From Patescibacteria group bacterium (GTDB lineage Bacteria > Patescibacteriota > Minisyncoccia > Phycocordibacterales > UBA12079), in contig JAYEKM010000003.1 in NCBI GenBank assembly GCA_034661035.1, positions 1 to 51,952 on the forward strand: a stretch of DNA of 51,952 bases. The letters run 5' to 3'. Both the position numbers and the translations under genes were made by a program. The number at the start of each line of letters is the position of its first letter. The first letter of the stretch is position 1. Positions 46,030 through 51,952 of the stretch are shown one piece after another. A model generated the notes under the pieces. The model searched no databases. It had not been told where the DNA came from and saw nothing but the letters and a program-made list of their open reading frames with translations.

Positions 46030-47805
46030 TTATTGATTTAGAAAAAATTTCCAGACTTTATCTGTCCTTATATACCATTCGCTGATATCAAGAAATCTTT
46101 CTGAGGGTATTGTTATTTGGTTTATCCAGATATTTTTTATTTCTTTGGGAACAATATAAATAAATTTAGGTGAGTAGAGAAAAACAGCTGGTTTGTCATT
46201 AGCTATTTCTTCTTGGAAAGACTGAAACTTTTCCTTTTTACTTTCTTCGCTTGTTGTTACTCTGATTTCCTCCAATAGGCTATCGGTTGTTATATTTGCA
46301 TACATAGCTATGTTTAGACCAGGGTCATTTCTCTGGGAAGAATGCCAAAAAGCGAATAAATCCATATCTCTTCCAATAACTTCACCAAAAAGTAACGAGT
46401 CATACTTTCTTGGTCTAATAACATTTTGATTTAAATCACCTGTTTCAAATATTTTTAAATTAACTTTAGCTCCCATTTCTTCCCATTTAGTTTTAAGGAG
46501 ATTTGCAATGGCTTTTAATTCGGGTGTATTAGCTGTAGAGATGGAAAAAGTTAAAAGAGTTGTAGTTTTTTTAGTAACTTTTTCCCAAACTCCTTCTTCT
46601 TCATTCATTTCCCAGCCGTTTCCTCTTAGGATTTCTCTAGCTAATTCTATTCGACTATCAGAACCTTCCATTTCGTTAGGTTCTTCTGTGTTAAAATAAT
46701 ATTTAGATTTAGATGGGACGGGGCTATTAATTGCTACTCCGTAATTATTTAAAATATCTTTTACGATTTGTTCTCTATCAACAGCTTGGTTAAGGGCAGA
46801 GCGGACTTCTTTGTGAGTAAAAACAGCTGCTTCGTCCTGATTAAAAAAAATTCCAAAAATCCTTGGGAGGGGAGTTGAAAGTATCTGTACACCATCTTTT
46901 TCCTCTAGAGTCGGTATATTCTCTGGACTAATAGAAGCAATATTTCCTACTTCATTTTTTTTGTATTTTAACAAAAGTGTTTCTTCATCGGAATATAATT
47001 TTATATATATTTTTGAGATATAAGGTTCTCCTAGTGAATAATTCTCGAATGATTTAAGGGTGTATTTTTCTAAAACCTCGGAGGAATTTCTCTTTATTTC
47101 GTCTACCTTGTATGGACCAGAACCGATGGGCATAATATTAAAGTGGCTGAAAGCAAATTGCTCAGGACTAATTTCTCCCCAAATATGTTTAGGCAAGATA
47201 CCTATTGTTAAGTTTTCCAAAAAAGGAGAGTAGGGTTGGGTTAGGATAAATTGAATTTCTTTGTCATTTAATCTTTTAACTTCCACACCGTCCCAGTTTG
47301 CTCTTTTGGGACTTTTTATAATATCATTCTGGGTAGTGTTGATTGTAAACTCGATGTCTTCTGTCGTTATAGGATGTCCATCGTGAAAAAACAAATTATC
47401 TTTTATCTTAAATACATAAACAAAACCGTCTTCTGATATTTCATAGCTTTCAGCTAAATCAGTAATTAATTCTCCATGAGAGTCTGCCTTTAAAAGACCT
47501 GAGTAAATCAGAGAACAAAGATCTTTGTCTGTGTTAGAAGTTGCTAATACAGGGTTAATAAATCTTGGTGGACCAATAATTCCTTCTGTGACAGATCCAC
47601 CGTAGGTTGGAATCTCAACTAAAAATGATTGATTGATTTTATGTAAAACAAGAAAGCTGCTAACTATAAAAATAATTAATACTGTATTGAAAACAACTTT
47701 CTCAATTAAAGAAAAAGATTTGATTGTATTTGATATTTTAGATAAAACGTAAGGAAAAAACTTCCTTAGTTTTTCTAGTTCTTCTTTTATTTTTTGCATA
47801 AGCAA
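46030..47805 (-). CDS. ABC transporter substrate-binding protein, family 5 (peptide/nickel)
   Basis: P.FINP, DLAESY..S.DG..Y.F, FHDG.P.T.ED and PIGSGPY motifs. Confidence 0.9.
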   Translation of the reverse strand: MLMQKIKEELEKLRKFFPYVLSKISNTIKSFSLIEKVVFNTVLIIFIVSSFLVLHKINQSFLVEIPTYGGSVTEGIIGPPRFINPVLATSNTDKDLCSLIYSGLLKADSHGELITDLAESYEISEDGFVYVFKIKDNLFFHDGHPITTEDIEFTINTTQNDIIKSPKRANWDGVEVKRLNDKEIQFILTQPYSPFLENLTIGILPKHIWGEISPEQFAFSHFNIMPIGSGPYKVDEIKRNSSEVLEKYTLKSFENYSLGEPYISKIYIKLYSDEETLLLKYKKNEVGNIASISPENIPTLEEKDGVQILSTPLPRIFGIFFNQDEAAVFTHKEVRSALNQAVDREQIVKDILNNYGVAINSPVPSKSKYYFNTEEPNEMEGSDSRIELAREILRGNGWEMNEEEGVWEKVTKKTTTLLTFSISTANTPELKAIANLLKTKWEEMGAKVNLKIFETGDLNQNVIRPRKYDSLLFGEVIGRDMDLFAFWHSSQRNDPGLNIAMYANITTDSLLEEIRVTTSEESKKEKFQSFQEEIANDKPAVFLYSPKFIYIVPKEIKNIWINQITIPSERFLDISEWYIRTDKVWKFFLNQ

Positions 47806-47866
47806 ATGTATCTGCAGTTTTTAGTGTAATCTTTAAAAAAGATTTTCTGTAAATTTTTTTTTCAAT

Positions 47867-48097
47867 TTAGATAATAAGAGCTAAAAATGTTGAAGCAACA
47901 AAGAGTATTCCTAGGACAATAGTTAAATTAAATAGCATTTTTTCTGCACCTCTTCTGGTATGACCACCTGACATGTCATCAGCTCCTCCAAAAGCACTAC
48001 CTAGACCAGCATCTGATTTCTGTACTAAAACAACAATCATCAATAATATTGATAATATTATCTGTATATAAGGTAATAAATTAGATAGGTTTTCCAT
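47867..48097 (-). CDS. secG: Preprotein translocase subunit SecG
   Basis: VLVQ...GLGSAFGG...TRRGAEK with two TMs. Confidence 0.92.
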   Translation of the reverse strand: MENLSNLLPYIQIILSILLMIVVLVQKSDAGLGSAFGGADDMSGGHTRRGAEKMLFNLTIVLGILFVASTFLALII

Positions 48098-48279
48098 GTC
48101 TGTTAGTTTACCACCTTTTGGGTAGGTAAAACTTTAATTTCTTAAATTATACTAAAAACTGATAATAAAGCAAGGTTTTGCTTGGCTGTTGAAATTTATC
48201 ATAATCCGTGTTATTTTTAAATATAGGTTGTTATTTGATAGTAAGTTAGACATTTGAATTCTTTTTAGGAGGAAAAACT

Positions 48280-48513
48280 ATGAGACTTTCAGGTTTTATT
48301 TTTATCTTTTTGGCTGACGTTATTCTTTGGGTGGTCGCTTTTGTATGTTTTTACAGTGACTGGGTACCTTTATCTTATGAAATTCCAATAATGGCTTTTG
48401 GTGTTATCACTGGTTTTGTTGGTGGTTACGTATTGTTAACCTTGATTTTGATGGTTAAAAGGGGAGAAATTCCCTCCATCTATAACAAAGATTTCGGGAG
48501 AGGTCTAAGCTAA
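48280..48513 (+). CDS. Small hypothetical membrane protein
   Basis: AGGAGG SD and two TMs. Confidence 0.65.
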   Translation: MRLSGFIFIFLADVILWVVAFVCFYSDWVPLSYEIPIMAFGVITGFVGGYVLLTLILMVKRGEIPSIYNKDFGRGLS

Positions 48514-48571
48514 ACGATTATTGTTTTTTAGGAAAGTCCTAAACCCTAAAGGTCGGGCAAAGGAGGAAAAA

Positions 48572-48823
48572 ATGAAATTGAATAGATGGTTTTTTTGTGC
48601 ATTAGTTGTAATTGATGGGGGAGCTATTTTCCTATTTTGGGTTTGTTTATATCTTCTCCATCTTAACCTGAAAACTCCTGATTTCCTTGTCCCTGATGAA
48701 ATTATCTTTGCCTTGGTGGGGGAAGTTATGGCTGGGATTTCCATGTTTTTCATTACCCTTTTTCTAATCAATAGTATTAGGGCCTCACTGAAGGAACCTT
48801 TTACTTTCACGAAGGGAGAATAA
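48572..48823 (+). CDS. Small hypothetical membrane protein
   Basis: AAGGAGG SD before the ATG at 48572, and two TMs. Confidence 0.65.
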   Translation: MKLNRWFFCALVVIDGGAIFLFWVCLYLLHLNLKTPDFLVPDEIIFALVGEVMAGISMFFITLFLINSIRASLKEPFTFTKGE

Positions 48824-48826
48824 CCT

Positions 48827-49042
48827 GTGTCAGCTTATTATTCAATCATGGTTTCAGTGATCGGGATTTTTATCCTTGCTCTTAGTGGCTTATTTTTTTA
48901 TATTGCTGCTAACGTTAGTAAGTGGGTTAGGGTATTTAATCCTAAACTCGATGCTTGGTTTTTTTCTACGATAGGAGGACTTCTTGTTTTCGCAGTAATT
49001 TGTCTCTTTTATGGACTTTTTTCCAATTGGAGGGCAAAGTAA
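48827..49042 (+). CDS. Small hypothetical membrane protein
   Basis: GGGAG SD, GTG start and two TMs. Confidence 0.55.
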   Translation: MSAYYSIMVSVIGIFILALSGLFFYIAANVSKWVRVFNPKLDAWFFSTIGGLLVFAVICLFYGLFSNWRAK

Positions 49043-49067
49043 GTTTCTTCAAAGATAGAGTTTTTTT

Positions 49068-49120
49068 AAAACGATTTTGGTTTTAGTGTGTATCAGCTAA
49101 AACCAAAATCGTTTTTTATT
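49068..49120. terminator. Terminator between the orphan operon and topA
   Basis: 19-bp stem AAAACGATTTTGGTTTTAG/CTAAAACCAAAATCGTTTT. Confidence 0.8.
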
Positions 49121-49125
49121 TTTGT

Positions 49126-51348
49126 TTATTTTACTAACTTGTGGGGATTATGGTTAGGACAAGATTTGTCACTACACCTTTCCGGAATAGTTTTCGTTCC
49201 TTCCATCATGAGAGCTCCGCAGATTTGACCACCTTTTTCATCACGAATATAATCACAAACTTTGCCAGTTGGTTTAGCTTTAATAGCATTTTTGCATTTA
49301 GGATAATCAGAACAACTATAAAAAACACCAAAACGACCATTTCTCTCCATCATTTCTCCTTTTCCGCACATAGGGCATTCTACCCCTGTCATTTTCTTTT
49401 TCTTCTCCTCCTCATCTTCTTTAATAAATTTACATTTTGGATAATTAGAGCAGGAGACAAATTTTCCAAACCGTCCTTCTCGGATAACTAATTTACCGTC
49501 TTTACAGTCAGGACATTTTTCACCTGTTTCCTTAGGTCCTTCTATCTCAACCCCCTCAAGAGTAAGAGCTCCATCACAATCTGGGAATTTTTCACAACTT
49601 ATAAATTTACCTATTTTTCCTAATTTGTAAACCATTTTACCCTTACATTTTGGACATTTGTATTTATTTTCAGCAGGGCCAAGGTTAGAAATCTTTTCAA
49701 TACTCTCTTTATCTTTGATGGCTTTTGTAAATGGTGTATAAAATTTACTTAATAACTTTTCATAAGTATTTTTACCTTCAGCAATGTCATCTAAATTATT
49801 TTCCATTGTGGCAGTAAAATCATCGCTAATATAATTATCAAAATGATTTTCTAAAAATGAACTAACCACATCACCTGTATCTGTTGGGTGAAGAGCTTTA
49901 TTAATTTTTTCTACATAACCTCTGTCATAGAGAGTTCTTGTGATAGTAGCATAGGTACTTGGGCGACCGAGACCTCTTTTTTCTAATTCTTTAATTAAGC
50001 TAGCTTCTGAATAACGTGCTGGGGGTTGAGTTTCTTTAGCCTCTGTATTGATTTCAAGCAAATCTAAAATATCATCAGCTTTAACTTCAGGTAATTCTAC
50101 ATCATCGCTTTTGGCAATAGGGTCAGCTTTTAACCAACCGTCAAAAAGTAATCGTGAACCATTGATGGAAAAAAAAGGAAAATCTTTATCGTCGGCTTTA
50201 GTTCTTTTTCCAATCCGAACAATTATTTTTGTTTTCAATAACTTAGCATCACTCATTTGGGAAGCTAAGGTTCTACTGTGAATAAGTTGATAGAGTCGTT
50301 GTTGCTCTTTGTTTGTACCTGCTGACATAATAGCAAGGTTACTGGGGCGGATAGCTTCGTGAGCTTCTTGAGCATTTTTACTTCGCCCTTTAAATTTTCG
50401 CGGACTTAGATATTCTTTCCCATATTCTTTTTCAATAACAGTCCAAGCTTGTTTTTCGGCATTAGTGCTTAGATTAACACTATCGGTTCTCATATAAGTA
50501 ATTAAACCTGCTTCATAAAGTCTTTGAGCATGCATCATGGTTTGACTAGGAGAAAAACCTAACCGTGAGCTGGCAGTTTGCTGGAGAGTGGAAGTGATAA
50601 AGGGAGCTCGGGCTGATCTTTTAGTTTCAGTTTCTTTTACTTCGGAAACTTTCCAATCCTCTTTTTTACCAGTAGTCAATATTTTTTCAACCCTCTCTTT
50701 ATTTTTTGGTTCTTCTGAACAAGTTAGAGAAAACATTTCTCCTACTTTTGTTTTGACATTAGCCGTAATAACCCAAAAATCTTCTGGGATGAAGGCGCGA
50801 ATAAGTCGCTCTCTTTCCATTAGAATACGAAGGGCAGGGGACTGTACTCGTCCAGCAGAAAGTCCATATCTTAACTTTTTCCATATCAGACCACTTAGAC
50901 CATAACCGAAGAGTCGGTCTAAAATTCTTCGTGCTTCTTGGGCTTTTCTTAGATTTTGGTCAATATCTCTTGGATTGAGGATAGCTTTCTGAACAGCTTC
51001 TTTAGTGATTTCATTAAAAACTACTCTTTGGGCATTAGGTAATTTTAAAACTTCAGCAATATGCCAAGCAATAGCTTCTCCTTCGCGGTCGGGGTCCATT
51101 GCTAGTAGGACTTCGTCGGCTTTTTTTGCTCCACTTTTTAAATCAGCGATAACTTTTTCTTTACCAACGATGGTTTCGTAATTTGGTTTAAAATTATTTT
51201 CAATTTCTACAGCATTAGCTTTTTTTGAATTTGATTTTGGGATATCACGAATATGACCAACAGATGCTTTGACTGTATAGTCTTTACCTAAATATTTTGA
51301 AATTGTTTTTGATTTTGCCGGAGACTCGACAATTAGTAATTTAGTCAT
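49126..51348 (-). CDS. topA: DNA topoisomerase I with C-terminal Zn ribbons
   Basis: IVESPAK, DPDREGE, SAGRVQS, LITYMRTD, AHEAIRP and GRPSTY motifs. Confidence 0.98.
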   Translation of the reverse strand: MTKLLIVESPAKSKTISKYLGKDYTVKASVGHIRDIPKSNSKKANAVEIENNFKPNYETIVGKEKVIADLKSGAKKADEVLLAMDPDREGEAIAWHIAEVLKLPNAQRVVFNEITKEAVQKAILNPRDIDQNLRKAQEARRILDRLFGYGLSGLIWKKLRYGLSAGRVQSPALRILMERERLIRAFIPEDFWVITANVKTKVGEMFSLTCSEEPKNKERVEKILTTGKKEDWKVSEVKETETKRSARAPFITSTLQQTASSRLGFSPSQTMMHAQRLYEAGLITYMRTDSVNLSTNAEKQAWTVIEKEYGKEYLSPRKFKGRSKNAQEAHEAIRPSNLAIMSAGTNKEQQRLYQLIHSRTLASQMSDAKLLKTKIIVRIGKRTKADDKDFPFFSINGSRLLFDGWLKADPIAKSDDVELPEVKADDILDLLEINTEAKETQPPARYSEASLIKELEKRGLGRPSTYATITRTLYDRGYVEKINKALHPTDTGDVVSSFLENHFDNYISDDFTATMENNLDDIAEGKNTYEKLLSKFYTPFTKAIKDKESIEKISNLGPAENKYKCPKCKGKMVYKLGKIGKFISCEKFPDCDGALTLEGVEIEGPKETGEKCPDCKDGKLVIREGRFGKFVSCSNYPKCKFIKEDEEEKKKKMTGVECPMCGKGEMMERNGRFGVFYSCSDYPKCKNAIKAKPTGKVCDYIRDEKGGQICGALMMEGTKTIPERCSDKSCPNHNPHKLVK

Positions 51349-51492
51349 CAGTTTTTAACTGTACAATATGTATTTAAATTATGCAAATTTTATTTGGAAC
51401 AGATTTATTTAACAAATAATTTATCCCCAAACCCACCTCCTCTAAAACGATATTTAAGCTATAATAATATAGTTAAGTCTGTCAAAAAACAG

Positions 51493-51657
51493 CCCTGTTA
51501 ACTAATAAACTGTGAACAGGGTAAACCCTGTTAACTAATAAACTGTGAACAGGGTAAACCCTGTTAACTAGTAACCTGTGAACAGGGTAAACCCTGTTAA
51601 CTAGTAACCTGTGAACAGGGTAAACCCTGTTAACTAAACAAAGGTAAACAGGGTAAA
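51493..51657. repeat. Tandem array of five 33-bp hairpin units CCCTGTT-N15-AACAGGG-TAAA
   Basis: Units start at 51493, 51526, 51559, 51592 and 51625. Unit 1=2, unit 3=4, unit 5 is divergent. Confidence 0.95.
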
Positions 51658-51780
51658 GCAAATTTAACTATATAAAACCCTAAACCATCAAAGATGGTCA
51701 GGTAAAGCAAAAATAAATCCCATTAGAGCTAACAGAAATTTTCAATTTCTTACCTCTAACAGGACAAGCAAACTAAAACA

Positions 51781-51952
51781 ATGAAAATTAATCTAATTAA
51801 AACTAAATTAATAACCATCATTGTGTTAACAATGATGGTTATTACAGCAACCTGTCTGCCGTCAGACACCACCAACGCAGCCTTCACAGAACCCACCACA
51901 GCACCCTCAGCCTCAGACCAAGACTTCACCCAAAACATCCTAGGCGCTAACA
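51781..51952 (+). CDS. Secreted/surface protein, 3'-partial
   Basis: Open to the window end: MKINLIKTKLITIIVLTMMVITATCLPSDTTNAAFTEPTTAPSASDQDFTQNILGAN. Signal peptide followed by a Pro/Thr linker. Confidence 0.7.
   Translation, partial: MKINLIKTKLITIIVLTMMVITATCLPSDTTNAAFTEPTTAPSASDQDFTQNILGAN

Noticed and set aside
51452-51478. dif site (ATTTAAGCTAT-AATAAT-ATAGTTAAGT)
   Set aside because: It matches XerC/D arms only loosely and is equally explained as an AT-rich -10 region.
51493-51657. CRISPR array
   Set aside because: Variable parts are only 15 nt and are identical in pairs. No cas operon is present.
51756-51938. Minus-strand 60-aa ORF
   Set aside because: It is the shadow of the plus-strand signal-peptide ORF starting at 51781.
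1-51952. Alternative genetic code 25 (TGA=Gly)
   Set aside because: Long Gly-rich genes (rpoB, rpoC, topA) are uninterrupted under code 11.

Overview
AT-rich bacterial chromosome segment in genetic code 11. Gene content and style point to Patescibacteria/CPR, most likely Parcubacteria (inference). The backbone is housekeeping: rpe, tkt N-subunit, mnmA, frr, rseP, proS, mreBC(D)-pbp2, greA-lysS, rpsP, rpoBC-dnaG-rpoD, tsaC, hisS, tyrS, trpS, aspS, rnj, secG, topA. Small accessory units are scattered through it: a modular GNVGIGT-repeat fibre protein, a REP-associated (RAYT) HUH transposase with its REP hairpins, a stand-alone PaaX/Cas2-like gene between inverted hairpins, two RelE-type toxin-antitoxin pairs, a DUF2779-like nuclease, a foreign-looking porin, and orphan genes with their own promoter, SD and terminator. 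The non-coding DNA carries at least four dispersed palindrome families, a 5 x 33-bp hairpin array, a duplicated 3' end of rnj and an orphan 3' end of thrS. I recognised no rRNA, tRNA, CRISPR array or integrase. All protein calls come from motif recognition by eye, not database searches.
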